Assembly: GCF_006345805.1 (NCBI RefSeq)
Contig: NC_042999.1
Location: 62,620,001 to 62,684,000, forward strand
DNA from: Octopus sinensis
Lineage: Eukaryota
DNA length: 64,000 nt
Direction of reading: 5' to 3'
This document shows positions 39,458-54,286 of this stretch, piece by piece. Below the pieces are notes generated by a model. The model saw only the letters and a program-made list of their open reading frames with translations. It made no database searches and was not told the DNA's origin. A program made the translations under genes and the position numbers. Numbering within the stretch: position 1 is the first letter of the stretch; every line of letters begins with the position of its first letter.

Positions 39458-39738
39458 CTGTTGTGTCTGGGGAGAGTCATTTTCTTTTTGTGCCTTATAA
39501 TGTAACACACTCACCGGTAAAATTTCCACTTATTTCTCTTTTATTTTTATTTTCCTAAAAATTTCGTTGTGTCTCGCAACCTTTTCAGTAGTTTTGACAA
39601 TTGAAAAACTATTGAAAAGGTTGTAAGATGCAACGAAAATTTTAGGAAAATAAAAATTTTAAAAAAAGTGGAAATTTTACCTGTGAGTGTGTTACATAAT
39701 AAGGCACAAAAAGAAAATGACTCTCCCCAGACACAACA

Positions 39739-39739
<1 letters not shown>
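39458..39739. repeat. fold-back of about 140-bp arms in a (TA)n-flanked element
   Basis: CTGTTGTGTCTGGGGAGAGTC... / ...GACTCTCCCCAGACACAACAG. Confidence 0.85.
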
Positions 39740-39794
<55 letters not shown>

Positions 39795-42700
39795 TTACAT
39801 TTCTTTATCATATTTGTCATATAAATTACTATCCTCTCAATTTTCGTCAGTCTTCATTCATTTGTTTATACTGTGCTTTCAAGAGGCCTTTGTTTTAGAG
39901 CTGTCATGGGTCAACCTGCAGCCAACAGATGATATTCCATATAACATTTGTAAATAACATTTTGCTAAAATTTTGTCCAAATCTGTTAATTTGAGCAATT
40001 TCATTCCTTTCTCTACCTCATTCTCTTATACTTTGTCTTGATTAAAGTTTAAATTCTCTGTAATATATGATATACTATGTACTACAAATGATGTATGTTA
40101 AATCATTTCTTTGGTGCTGCCCTAATTTATGGTGGGTGATATCTGATAATGCTGTTGCCAGAAAAGAAGTTGCCTGTACATTTTTTTTGTTCAATACCAA
40201 TAGTATTTATATCTGTATATTATTCTTATTTTTGAACATAGTTATAAACAACTGATTCATTCTTCTCTAATTCTCCTCTATCTCATATAAGCAGAATGGT
40301 TTGTCTGGCATTTTTGAAAAGAGTTGCATTACATGATCTTGAATTCCAAAGCCTCATATTACCTAGCATGATATTTACCATTTACTTTAAAGTACTCGAT
40401 ACTCGGTTTGATGTGTTGGAAAAATGTCTTCATTCGTATAGCTACACACATTGTTATCTATCTGTTTTGAGTGGTAAGTACAACTTACAGATACTGATGT
40501 GATCAACAGAAGTGTCAATAGCTGTACCATCTCTGATTTATTTATTCCCTCTCATAATACTGTACATCTCTCACATTTTGAGAATCATCAAAATATTAGT
40601 GATTGTTTTTAGGCGGTTATGTAATTGAATATTTCCATACATTTTATAGAGTTAATATAGAATGAAAACTGTAAGTGGTTTAACGAGTTGAAAAAGGCTT
40701 CATGAGAGAGATGAGAGTTTGTGTGCTATCAGTGATACTGCGATGTGCTCTGAATATGAATAGTTAAAAATAGATTAGTGAAATTGCAGGGACTAATTAG
40801 CAGTTTGGTGGTTTAGAGGAAAGCAATATACCATGTTATCTAATTAACTGTGAAAATACTTGTTTTCGGGTGGATACTAGATAATCTTTGTGCTGCTTAT
40901 CTACTGAAATGTATGGCAGTGGATTGTCATGATCAGTAGAGTGACGCACAAAATGGCTGGTGATATTACATTCTAAACTCAGATGGTGCTGAGGTTGACT
41001 TTCAACTTTTTGGTATTGACAAAACTAGAACCAGTTGAGTACTGGTTTGAAATCTGAGGCCTTGTGCTTATGCTAGAATCCAAAGTATGCTAGAAAAATA
41101 CTCAAGATACACTTTACGTTGTTTAATACTGATAGATAAAAAAACAAGTGTTTCATCTTGGGAACATATAAATGCAGGATTGAAAATGAAAGAAAATAAA
41201 GTTGAGAATGAACAAAAATAAACTTGGCTATTCTAAGTTATCCTGAGTAAGTAAATGCTTAAAAGTTGATTTATTATCAAATGCCATTATTATAGGTTTC
41301 TGCTCTCATTTCTCAACAGTGTCATTTAGTTAACTTATGAATATATTTTTTTCCATAAAGTAAAACATTTCATATTAAAAATATACACATGAAGGTAATT
41401 CATAAACTTCTCTTTTGAATAATATTTTGAATAATATTTTCATTTACTAATTTGCAATAACTTTTTCACGTATCTTTTTTCTACAAGAAAGGTCTTATTT
41501 CCTATGAGCCAACCTTCATAAGTTAATTAAAGAATATTGTTGAAATATGAATGCAAAAATCTTTTATAATCAAGCATTTACTCATTTGTTTAGTTTATTC
41601 AGGGTAGCTAAGTTTATTTTTGTATATTCTCATCCTTATTTTCTTTCTTTATCAATCCCACACAGATGTCTCTAAGGTGAAAGATCACAAAAAAATAGAA
41701 GAAAAAAATGTAAATGGACAACTCATTTATATAAGAATCACAATTTTTCTTTCATATTGTAGATGCTTGACATAGACTTTATAATCGGCTTGGCTGTGGG
41801 GTTACGATGCTTACTTTGCTACTATGCAGTTTCAGGTTGTATGCTATGTGACACTTTGAGCAAGTATCTTCTATCATAGCCTTGGACCTACAAAATAAGT
41901 TTGTTAGAACATGTTGTGTGGATGCTTGTCAAAGGGACCATTCCTTTTCTTGATCATTAGGCTTAATCCCTCATCCAGTTTAACACCAATGCCTGGCCAT
42001 TGTGTGATATTATTCCCCTATGTATCAAACATTCAGCCAAAGTCTCAGATTCAAGGATAACTTCCACCCACTAGATCTCTCTGCCTATGTATCAGTCTGT
42101 CTTACTTTTTAAGGTTAGCTAAACAGATTAGCGTTACCTTAACAAATTGGTTATCAGATGATCATATTACACTTTTATGTAAATGATTAAAGGACCAGAG
42201 AGTTTATTAAGTCAATAAAGAACCCTATATGTGGTCACTCGACCTGCTAAAAACAGTGACTAAATCTCCCTCAACTCACATCCTAATACCTTAAATAAGG
42301 AAGGACATATTGGATAAGTTAGTCCCAGTTTTTTTATTTTATTTTTTTATTGATCCCTAGGACTCATAAGGCCAGTTACCCAGTTTCCACAGTTTATAAG
42401 TGACCAAGATCACCACATTCATCCTGAACAGGGTCGCAGGGTCCTATTGCATCGTTCAATGCAGCAATTTTGAAGGGAGGGGACAAATCGATTGGTACCT
42501 TATTTCATGGACCCCAAAAGGATGAAAAGCAAAGTTAACCTCAATAGGAATTGAACTCTGAATGTAAAGAGCTAGAAAAAATGTTGCTAAGCATTTCATC
42601 CAATGTGCTAACAATTCTGCTAACTGCCTATCTTAGTTCTAGGTATACTATACCTGAATAAAAGAAAGTATTATCATAGTGTAAAGCCTTTTCATCATAA

Positions 42701-43534
42701 GTTTACCTGATTAAGAAATATTCACAGCTCTCTTATGAGCACCAACTGGAGACAGAAAAGAGAAGGTACTTGTAACACTGTGTAACAGGATTTTTGTCCT
42801 TTATTTCCTATTTATTTACCTCTAGAAAGTATGAAAAATGGTTGATATTTCCTTCAAACTTTGCTTTTGTTACATTCATTCCAAGGAATCCGTCTCAACA
42901 CATGGCTATGATGCTCCCCCACTATTCAGAGATGCACATATAATCAGCCACTAAGGGACATGCTCAAGTGGTTAAGGTCAAACAACTGACAAGTTAATCT
43001 GTGGTATTGAGCAGAATATTTGCTATAATGATATTTCTGCTTCAGCAACTGAACTGTGAATCCACCTGAAATGTAATGGAAAGTAAGTCAGTCAGTTTCA
43101 AAGCAAAGTTTGAAGAGAATAGCAGTCATTTCCTTTGATTTCTTGATAGAAGCAAATAGGAAATAACATTTACTAACCAAGAATAAAACAAATTAAAATT
43201 TTTTTACACAGTATGATGATAAACTATCATCATCTCTTGACTACAACTTGAACTTGTTTGATGATAGATGGAATACATACCTTGTTCCATCATCAATCTC
43301 CTAAGTCCATCAACAGTCAATCACTCCTGTCATCTATCAGAAGTTTCACCATAGCATTAGAATGATGTCCACAGATTAGTTCCTAGATAATTTGAATGGT
43401 ATTGACAATTGATTTGCACATAATATTTTAGTTTTGTCTTACATAATGTTCTTGTTTTTCAAACATCAATAACTCATTATGAACAGCATGTTTTCTCACA
43501 GTAATTTTGATTTTCCTTTTTTTCTTTTCCACAG

Positions 43535-43645
43535 ACGGAAGGAGACAGATTACCAATTGGAAGACCAGCGGCAGGAGCTTTGTATGAGAAGTCTGTTATA
43601 ACAAGCAATGGTCGCCAATATCGCTTCTATTCAGTGGCGTTGTAG
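43535..43645 (+). CDS. terminal coding exon of unidentified gene (TEGDRLPIGRPAAGALYEKSVITSNGRQYRFYSVAL*)
   Basis: ttttccacag acceptor, phase 0 compatible with 26828, TAG at 43643-43645, AATAAA at about 43912 and 44068. Confidence 0.75.
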   Translation, partial: TEGDRLPIGRPAAGALYEKSVITSNGRQYRFYSVAL

Positions 43646-46369
43646 ATAAGGTTTAGCTAAAGCTAGATATATATATATATATGTATGTATACTCTCATTT
43701 TTAAAATACTGCAACACTATTTCAAATGAGTGGCATAGAATGAATCCTTTTGACTCAAAAGGATACAATTTCTGTTTCAGTCTGTTTCACTGATTATCTA
43801 CTTTCTTTCTATAAAGAAGCTATACTTGTGATAACTTGCTAATTCAACCCATCACTGACTTCAGTATTTGTTAACTAATGTTACAGATGTTATTTCTATT
43901 ACATCAGCAGCAATAAAAACAATAATAATAATAATTAATAGTTATTATAATGATGATGATGGGCTATGTAATGATCAAACTTTATATAATTTTTTTCTTA
44001 GAAATAGATCACAAAAATTAAGTGTAAAGTATCTAAAAACTTTCATTTAATTTACTGATGTAGATATGAATAAAATTTATTACAACACTAGGAAAGACGT
44101 TTTTGTTGTTTTTTTAATACCTTTCTACATATAAACTAGTGATGAGAAATCAATTGTGGAGCCAGCACTTTGTGCCTGCTGAGGCAAGATTTGGCCAGAA
44201 AAGATTTGAAAGTTTTCAAGAACAGACCAGCTAATCAGTTCTCATTGATGTCTAGAGATTCTCCAAGAACACCATCACTCTTCCCACCACTAGTTTTCTA
44301 GGGAAGGCTAAAATGGAAGTTCCAAAAACTGCAAGAGGAATGCGAGTGCCTGACAACATTCCAGATACCAACATCCAGTCTTGATCTTCACTTGACCCAA
44401 GACTGCAGTTCCACCAAAGAGACAGGCTGTGAAAATATATGCCTAATAAAGAATGAATAAAGGATGAATATTCATCCTTTACTAAGTACATATTACTAAC
44501 TAAGAATCTCGGTTGATGCCACAGCCTCCACACATGTCTGTGCATCAGCAGTTATTACATACTGAACCCTCAGTATAAAGGATGTTGATGGCAGATGGAC
44601 CACCTGCTCAGCAGATATAAACTAGAGCAAGGCACAACGATTAGGTGGTAATGTATAACAGAGGTAATATATAGGTTTACCAACTCTACCCCACCTTTTA
44701 TAGTAGCTTCCTCTCAACCCATTTCTGAGTGAGACTACTTATCTTGGTCATTACCTCATCCCAGTTCCGATCCATCTGAAAGTCTGAAGTAAACCAGACC
44801 CAAGAAACTTAACCAGGCCATCCTTCCAGTACCCTACAATATGGACTTGCTACTTGTATGTTGCGCTGCATGCTTACTGAGTTATCAAGTGAAATATTTG
44901 TTCCTGTCTAAGTTTCATATTCCTTCAGCATGGTACCACTTAATTCAATTTCTATGGTGTCCAATGTGCCAAAGCAGCTCTCCCACCTCCCATCCCAAAC
45001 AGAATATCCATCAAAAACTCCTGTTTCTGCAGCAATAATGACTTGAGAGCCAATGAATACAGAAGAGATGAAATTGACAGATCAAGCACATAGCTTTGAT
45101 AGATGGTCATTACTCTAGTCACTGAGCAGATATTGTTCTGCCTTGAAGCACTCCACCCTCTGAAAATGGGTCAAAAACTGGCCACTTTGTGATTTTTATG
45201 TGTGTTGTTTTTTTGTTTTTTTTTTGTTGATGAGATGAAACCATTCTGAGTGATGCCTGTGTTCCATTAGTTCTTTATTGTTCATATTTATGGAAGTGAA
45301 GTCCATAATGTTTCTTCGCAGTTGTTGCTTTTGGTTTGTAGGAATAACGGAATTTGCTGGTGTTTGTAATGCCGATTGTGTCTGTGATGATGGTAGCTGT
45401 GATGGTGGTGGTTGTGATGATGGTGTTGTTAGTATTGGTATTGTTGGGAATGGTGTTGGTGTGTCATTGTTGGAAGGTGATTCTTGGGTCTGTTTGACCC
45501 TCCCAGCTTTTTTGGTCAGCATGTTTTTCTCTTTACTTTTTTTCTAGTTTATTACATGCTGCCATTTGCAATCTTCCCCATAAACCTCACTACACAACAT
45601 GTCTGAGTGGTCCCAAGTAGGGAGGGACATGGCCCATAGCCATTGACTTCTTGTTCTGTCGTTATTGCTTTTATTCGACAATGTAGTGCTAGTTTCAGAT
45701 ACTTTATTATCTCTCATTTATGAATGCAACTTTATCTTTTACTTGTTTCAGCCATTGGATTTAGCCACGCTGGAGCACCCCATTGAAGGGTTAAGTCTAA
45801 CAAATTGACCCCACTACATATTTTTCAAAGTCTGCAACTTATTTTCTTGCAAAGCCACTAAGTTACAGACACATAAACAAACCAAAAACCGTTGTTAAGC
45901 AGTAGAACAACAAACACATACACACATTTCTTCCACACTCAGCTGTATTGGCATGGGTGATTGGATAATTTATAGAGTGACGTCCCTTGCATACGAATAG
46001 TTTATGCAGAGTGACCTCCCTTCAGTGCATATCTGAACCAGCTCACAAAACTTAGCTCCATCTTTTTATGCTGCGATTTTGAATTGTTAGATTCTTTATG
46101 TTTTGTGACACTTTAAATCTTCGAACGTTATCTAAATGAATCTATCTCTTGTCAGTTTTAAATTCAACAAGTTTTACCTCATTATCTGCGCTTGTGCGAG
46201 GAGCAAACTGCTCGTAAACGAGACAGCTTTTTCACAAATACTTCGCTCAAATATATTCACCAGGAAATTGGGTTTCTTAAATCCACACTACGAAGAGATT
46301 TTCCTGCCTCATCCGTGTGTAAGGTATTACTGAAGCCTGTAAGTATCTTTGGCCGCTGTTTTTGTTTTT

Positions 46370-46670
46370 GTTTTTGTGCCCGGTTCAGACGCTTTCGGAA
46401 ATTCCCGATATAAATTTTCCGAGGCCTCTCCCCCACCCCTCTTTCGCGAGAGCGCATTTTTTTTTTTTGTCATATTCGTTTAGAGCAAGTTGTTTTACAC
46501 ATATTACACTATTTTTTTTTTGTTTTGGTGCCCGGGTCAGCCCCTCAGACGCTTTCGGAACTTCCCGATGTGAATTTTCCGAGGCCTCTCCCCCACCCCC
46601 CTTTCGCGTGCGCGAATTTTTTTTTTCATATTCGTTCATAGGAAGTTGTTTTACACCTATTACACACATT
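46370..46670. repeat. CpG-rich tandem duplication of about 150 bp
   Basis: GTGCCCGG..CAGACGCTTTCGGAA..CCGAGGCCTCTCCCCCACCCC..TTTCGCG occurs twice. Confidence 0.8.
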
Positions 46671-47559
46671 TTTTTTTTATTTTCTGATATGCGTAACGCC
46701 CTATATTAACCCATGTTTTAACTGTTTTCCTTTTCCAAAATTGTTTATTTTTCAAAATAGTGCGTATTGTATAATGGGGCAAAATTAGTAACTTTCTCGC
46801 TTTTTTCTCCCTTCCTGTTTAAAATTATTACATTGCAAGTATTGCATCATATTTCAGAGTAAAATTTGGTCAGTATAGTTGTTGAAGTTAAGAGAGTACG
46901 AAACGTAGCCAGGTGGCAGGTCCTTTTTTTTTTTTTTTTTTTTTTTTCAAGAAAGTTTTCCTCATCTTCGACCCGATTGTAATTGAGGTTGCTACTAAAA
47001 TATTTGGATAATTTTTGGTGTTTAATAATCAATATTCTTTTCTCTGTTGGATTCCAAGTCAATTTTTCCCTACACTACTGTCTAATTTGATAATTTTCAA
47101 GTTTCAAAAAATTATGGCTAAAATGGGGTAAAATGAGTAATGTATAATTACAATAATTTCTTCTCTTTAACTGCATGGTGAGTAAATATATGACGAAGAA
47201 AACACTCTAGCAGATACTATTGTATATTTTAGCAACAATATCATGTCTCAGTTGGAAGTAGTATCTCAATAACATTTTTGGATAACTTCTGATTATTATT
47301 TCTCTGCAGAAGAGTGCCATAAATGGCACTTGTGGTTGCATTTTGGGATTTTAAGGGTATTGTCGTCTTGTTTTGTTTGTTCATGAGATATTTTGCAACT
47401 GTCTCTTGTTATCGGATTGCAAAAGCATAACCTCCAAGATGTGATATCATGTAGTGGCCACATATCTGGAAGAGGTTACCCTTCGTGCCTTCACTTTACT
47501 TTTTTTTTATATTTACATGTACTCTTGCCTTATTAGTATTCTTTCTTTTTTTCATGTAT

Positions 47560-48745
47560 TGTTGGGGGTGGGGCAAGATACCACAAGATTTCTGCAATGC
47601 TGTCATCATCACTTTGTACAAAAATATGGAGGAAAAGTCTGACTGCTCCAACTACAGAGGGTGTTATCTTGCCTCTACATTGCACGCAAAATCCTTGCCA
47701 GAGAACTCCTCAACAGACTAATTGCACCTAGAAAGTTACCCTCCCAGGCACACGTCCGGGCAAGGTTGTTTTATGGAAGACAAGAGAACTCCTCAGCAAT
47801 GTGACTTCAGAGCAAATAGGAGCACTGCTGACCATGGGATTGCACCTAGAAAACAGATCGTTGTTCTCAGACAGTTCCAAGAGAAATGCAGAGAGCAGAA
47901 CAAAGGATTTTACATCACCTTTGTTTATCTCACCAAAGTATTCAACACTATGATCAGAAAAGATCTATGACAAATATTTGAGTATCTTGGATTCCCCCAC
48001 CAAATTCCTTAACATAGCCATCCAGTTGCATGAAAACTAGCTGTGCTGGGTCAGGTATAGCAACTACCTCTTCAAGCTCCTCTCCATTGGCAACAGTGTG
48101 AAGCAAAGCTGGGTCCTCATGACAATCCTATTCACCATTTTTACATGATGCTCCAGCAGGCCACTGAAAATCCTGACAACAAAGACAGCATCTACATCTG
48201 GTACCCGAGGAGCCTGCAAGCTCACATTAAAATGTTGAAAGACCTGTGGGTTATTTTTTGCAGAAGCTGCTGCCTTTGTTGCTTACACAGAGACAGCCCT
48301 GCAATACCTCATCACCTCTCGCTTTGCATGAGCTAGCCAGTGCTTTTGCTTAGAAAGCAATTTAAAGAAAACCAAAGTCCTCCATCAACTCACACTACAG
48401 TAGGAATACCACTCCCTCACAACATCACTGAGGAGACTGGACTTAAAACAGTCAACCAGTTCACCTACGTAGGGTACATCATTTCGTTAGATGTCAAAAG
48501 GAACAAGGATGTTAACAGACTGGCCAAAGCAAACCGTGCAAACACTATCCTCTCCGCAACAGCCTCTTTTGAAGACATTTGTAGAATCAAGTTTGCAGAC
48601 AAGAGATAGAAGAGGAAAAACAAGGAAATTACAACCAACTCTGACACATCTTCCTGTGCAGTCTCTGCAGTTATGCTTGCCTCTCCTGAAATAAATTCAT
48701 CAAGCATCAGCAAGCCTGTAACAAACATGGATATCCTACCTCTGT
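47560..48745 (+). mobile_element. RTE-clade LINE, decayed RT
   Basis: IPQDFCNAVIITLYK..KSDCSNYRG, QCDFRANRSTAD, LRQFQEKCREQNK..FVYLTKVF, VNQFTYVG. Confidence 0.85.
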
Positions 48746-48754
48746 AAATCTTTA

Positions 48755-48979
48755 CTTTTTACTCTTTTACTCGTTTGACTGTGGCCATGCTGGAACACTG
48801 CCTTTAGTTGAGCAAATCGACCCCAGGACTTATTCTTTGGAAGCCTAGTACTTATTTTATTGGTCTTTTTTGCCAAACCACTAAGTTACGGGGATGTAAA
48901 CACACCAGCATCGGTTGTCAAGCGATGTTGGGGGGACAAACAGACGTACATATACACACACATACATACATATATATAT

Positions 48980-49023
<44 letters not shown>

Positions 49024-49185
49024 GAAAGGCTTCTTTCAGTTTCCGTCTACCAAATCCACTCACAAGGCCTTGGTCAACCCGAGGCTATAGTAGAAGACAC
49101 TTGCCCAAGGTGCCATGCTGTGGGACTGAACCTGGAACCATGTGGTGGGAGGGAAGCAAGCTACTTACCACACAGCCCCTGCTGC
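48755..49185 (-). mobile_element. SINE family B
   Basis: Consensus match. Confidence 0.85.
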
Positions 49186-49568
49186 ACCTTTGCTCACAAA
49201 GCCAAGCCAAGATTCTTCCTTGAAAGAGGAAGCTAGTTTCCTACAAAGACACAAAATCTTCATTATTTGAATGACAACAATGATAATTGCTACATGTTGA
49301 ATGTTAACCCATTAGCATTTAAACCAGCTATACCTGGCCAAAATATTCTACCATTTTTTTTATGATCAGACTGGCCATATCTGGCCTCTCACACCAACCC
49401 TACAATATCAGTCTTAAAATTAAGTTATCTCTTCAAAATCTGAAAGCTACAACATGATACAGGATTAATATAAAGCAGTGAGAATAAAAAGCTTTACTTC
49501 TGACAGAATAATGTGAATGCTGAACGGTTGAGGATGTTTTGCATATTTTTAGTGTTCCACTTGCAGAT

Positions 49569-49778
49569 TCATCATCATCATCGTTTAACGTCCGCTTTCC
49601 ATTCTAGCATGGGTTGGGCGGTTTGACTGGGGTCTGGGAAGCCAGGAGGCTGCACCAGGCCCAGTCTGATCTGGCAGTGTTTCTACAGCTGGATGCCCTT
49701 CCTAACACCAACCACTCTGTGAGTGTAGTGGGTGCTTTTTACGTGCCACCGGTACAGGTGCCAGGCGAGGCTGGCGAT
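49569..49778 (-). mobile_element. SINE family C
   Basis: (CAT)n-CGTTTAACGTCCGCTTTCC start on + strand. Confidence 0.85.
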
Positions 49779-51366
49779 TATATCTGTAAAGTTTGTTAGC
49801 CTCTTTAGTTCTTTGCTGGAGCATCCCAGCAATTCCATATTGATTATTGGTATAAATGAAAAGAAAGTTACCATCAGTGTAATGGAGCTGCAGGTTTTGA
49901 AGCAATTATCCAGGTACATTCTCACTGATTTTGGAAGAGATGTCTACATCTATAAGATATAGATGTATGACTTTTATTTTCCGTTTTTTTTTTCCATGAT
50001 CCCTTTTGATCGGAACCCACCCACCCCTTTTTTTCCCCTTCTCTTCTTCCCAAAAAGAAAAGCTCTACTTTGTATTTTGTCCCTTCTGTGTTTAGCCCTG
50101 CGTGGCCAATAAAGAAATCTATTAGGTCTGTTATGCTTGAACCTAGTTGAAGTTTTGATAGGAATCTTTCACCAATATTCCTTGTATATGTGTGTCTGAC
50201 GATTATGTACTGTAATGCTATTTTCACATATTTTCTACAACTGTCAGTGATTTCCTGAAAACAATGATTCCTTTTTCTCTCCATTTACCTACCTTTCTTT
50301 CATTGTTTTCATCCATTTATCTTCCTGTCATTATATTCTTCTTGTCCTTCCATATTTGTATGTGTTTATCCATTTATCTCTCTGTATTTCTATCTATTCT
50401 TTGTTTCTTCCCTTCCAACTCTGTCTTGTCACTCATTTTCTCTCAACTTGCTAATTACTCTTTCTTTCTCCCATTTAGTCTCACAAGGCCTTCTTCCTGT
50501 TTCTCATGCTACTCTTTTTATAAGTGGTCATTGAAATAGTTATTCACTTCTTTTCCAATTCTGGGTTTTTCTAATTCTTTTTTTACCCTCAACGATACAT
50601 TATCTTTCCTACAAGCATTCCTTTGCACAACATGTCTTTATTTTGTCTCCAAGTCAAATGGCATTTTAGTGTTTATTCCATTTTGAATCTTGCCCTGTTC
50701 TCCTCACAACTCATCTTTATTTACCATTTGGTATACAGATCTTATTTTTTCTATTACTCTCCTTCTCATTCCCTCTCTCAAGATATTTATCCATTAAATC
50801 AAGATCCGTTACATTGAGGGTTTACTTAATGTCTGTGTGTGTGTGTGTGTGTGTGTTCTATAATGATAATATGTAAAAAATAAGTTACATTACTAGAAGT
50901 TTCAGGTAAGTCTGATGCACCAATGGTTATCTGCTGTGCATATCTACGTCTAGAATAATGTATAGTTTATCTGAGGGAAAAAATGTTTCATTTACAAAGG
51001 TGGTAACCCAAGGTTGAGGATCAAAGAGTTATGTCCCCTGCTACAAGTAATGATGGTGGCTGGATTATAAAAAGTAGAGAATGACAGAGACAGAAAGAAT
51101 AGAGGATAGAAAGACAGAAGGAAATTAGGAGAAAAGAAAAAGATTGAGGGAAGAAATGAATGGATACATCAAGTGAAGACTGCAAGAAGCAATAGGGATA
51201 GAGGGAAGAATAGGGGCAACAATTATACAGTGGATTAGATCAGTATCAGAGGCTGTACGTCCTTCATGTAAGGTGTAAAGTCTGCAATTTTAGATATAAT
51301 CTGGATGTCAGCGAATTTTTTGGTGTTAGTCTCTCTTTTCTGCTAAATAGTCTTTTGTATTTTGTG

Positions 51367-51403
<37 letters not shown>

Positions 51404-52271
51404 CCACGAGTACTTGGCCAAGATTTCAACATTTCATTCTTTATTATTCCTGAATTAGAAAGAGTGATTGTGCATGACTTTCTAGAATACTGATGAAGTA
51501 CTTTAGGCTGGATGCATTGTCCAGCTCTAGGCCTAACCTCATACCTTTGCAGTGATCATTGAGCAAGTATGGGATATTAATCTCTGAGCAGCCAGCCCCT
51601 GTGCTACAGGAATACTTGTATGAAAGGATATACTTCATGTTGGTTGTGCAACAGAAAGAAATCTTAAGTGTGTCTCTGTTAAATACCTTCCTATACCAAT
51701 GTATGAGAGGAAAATACTTAATTTAAACAACGTCTTGCCTATTCTGGACTTAACGGTTATAGAAAAACAGTGCAAACCAAATAACTTTACGGAGCTATTT
51801 TCTTGTTGATGGACTTAGGTCGGATGTTAGGGATCTGATTTTGAAATCTGCTTATTGCATGGATATTTTGTATTAGGTGGCCACCTGATAGAAATTTTTC
51901 TTCCTAAGGAATCCAAGATCCTTTTGCTCTCTTTTTTTAACAAGGTTCTTTAACAATGAAGTTCGATGGCAGGGTTAATAGTGGTGAACTTTGTTGGGTT
52001 TGTAATCTAAACAGTTAACATGTAAGTTAGTTCCTAGGTGTGTCCATTGGTGCCCCTAGATATAGCCAAGGCAACATCCCTGTATAAATAGCATTAAATT
52101 GAAACCTCTTATTCAATGCATATAATATGTAAAGTCCAATGAAACCACAAATATCTTTCTTGAAATTATTTGCATGTGCCGCTCACTTCCTCCACAGCGA
52201 TTTTGGCACGGACTGTTCTAAATTCAAACATGCCTGACAGCCATAGTTCTCTTAGACTTATGCAAAACTTT

Positions 52272-52645
52272 CAGTTCTATATTTAAGAGATGAGGAATTA
52301 TGTACATTTTTTATATTTGACGGATATTTGTCCTCATTTTGTTTGTTGTTAACACATTTCAGCTGATATACCCTCCAGCCTTCTTTAGGTGTCTTGGGAA
52401 ATTTTGAACCCGAGTTCTCATTTCCTAAGGTATTTTTCGATGTTATTATTATTGTTGTTGTTCACGTCACTGCTTGGAATCGAACTTCGAATCTTGAGGT
52501 CAGTAGCCCATGCTCTTAACCACTATGCCATGGCCTATGGGCATATGGTGTAGTGGTTAAGAGTGTAGGGCTACTAACCCCAAGATTCCGAGTTCGATTC
52601 CAAGCAGTGATGTGAACAATAACAACAATAATAACATCGAAAAAT
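52272..52645 (-). mobile_element. solo PLE pLTR with inverted partial copy; tRNA-like head; decayed hammerhead
   Basis: Matches 61100-61310 and 59767-59813; fold-back centred near 52536; core decayed to CTAAAGA. Confidence 0.8.
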
Positions 52646-53207
52646 GCCTCTGATGGAGAGAACATGCTGAGGCCCTTGTCCTACAGTAGACTGAACATGG
52701 GCAATCCAAACATAAATGTGTGCGCGTTTGTGTGAATATATATATATATACACACATACACACACACAGTGGTCAGTTGTATTATATAACATGTTACATA
52801 TGCATATATACATATACATGTGCACACATACATGCATATAAGACAGTTTACCGATTCCACTCAAAAGGCTTTGACTGGCCCTGAAGCTATAATAGACGAC
52901 ACTTACCTAAAGTGTCTCTCAGATGGATTAAATTGAGAATCACCTGATTGCAAATGAAATTCGTAACTACAGAATCCTGCCTTGACCTTTGTGTGTTGTG
53001 TATGAATAAGTATGTACTATGTTTAGTATACATAAAAGCAATAAGGTAAGAATTGCTCAGTATGTATCACATTTATATTTAAAAGTTGACAGTGACTTCA
53101 AAGTTTCACTAGTAGTTGACTTTGTCAGGTAATTTGATGAAATGAATGACCAGCAAAACTTTGAAGCCACTATCAACTTTTACTTGTAAAAGAACACATA
53201 TTGAATA

Positions 53208-53480
53208 CATCATCATCATCGTTTAACGTCTGTTTTCCATGCTAGCATGGGTTGGACGGTTCAACCGGGGTCTGGGAAGCCAGGAGGCTGCACCAGGCTC
53301 CAGTCTGATCTGGCAGTGTTTCTACAGCTGGATGCCCTTCCTAATGCCAACCACTCCGTGAGTGTAGTGGGTGCTTTTTACGTGCCACCGGCACAAGGGC
53401 CAGTGGAAGCTGGCAACGGCCACGATCGGTTGGTGCCTTTTACATGCTACCGGCACAGACGCCAGTTAAGGTGGTGCTGG
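53208..53480 (-). mobile_element. SINE family C
   Basis: Consensus match. Confidence 0.85.
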
Positions 53481-54286
53481 TGCATGGATATATATTAAAT
53501 ATATGCACAGCACACACACACATGGTGATGAATGGTTGTCCAATCATGACCGAGGAAAACCATCACTGACCATTAAGAACATAGTGCACTCAAATTTATA
53601 CTTTACACTTGTGGATCTGCTGGTGATTAATGATCCAAGCTCTTGATAAATATACACATCCATAGATATTGCAGACCAAGCTTCTGCCCCATTCACTATA
53701 TTGGCAGAAATTTTCAAACAGCTCACTTAAAAGTATAAAGTGTTCCTCAAGAGCCCAGACTACCAGAAGATTGGTATCAATCCACAGCCAAAGTATGAGC
53801 AAGACTTATAGCAAAATACAAAGAAAAGAGGGCCGGGACAAGGATGTAACTTTGTTTGATACCATTTTCCATAGGATTAGATCCCACAACCATGCCTCCA
53901 TCCCATCAGGAAATGATTTAATTATTGATACAAAGTGACCCAAACAACCAAGTTTGCCAAGTATTTTTCATCGCATCCACAATATTGAAGGCTTTAATTA
54001 AATCAATGTAAACCTGAACAAGATCCATATTCCACTCATACCATTTCTACATGTCTTCCTGAAAATCATATCCATTGTTCCTCTATCAGAATGAAAGTCA
54101 CAGAGATTCTGATACGAAGTATTTATTTCAGGTGGGTAAGAAGAAAACTTGCCAGCACCTGACAGTTGAGTAATACTTCTGTGGTTGCTACATTATTCTG
54201 ACTCCCTTTCTCCTACACACACACACACACGTCCATTTTCCATGCTGGCATGGGTTGGACAGTTTGACAGGAACTAACAAACCAGA

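Noticed and set aside
45196-45547. Pro/Thr/Gln-rich ORFs
   Set aside because: Low-complexity sequence next to decayed LINE-like DNA; no splice or homology support.
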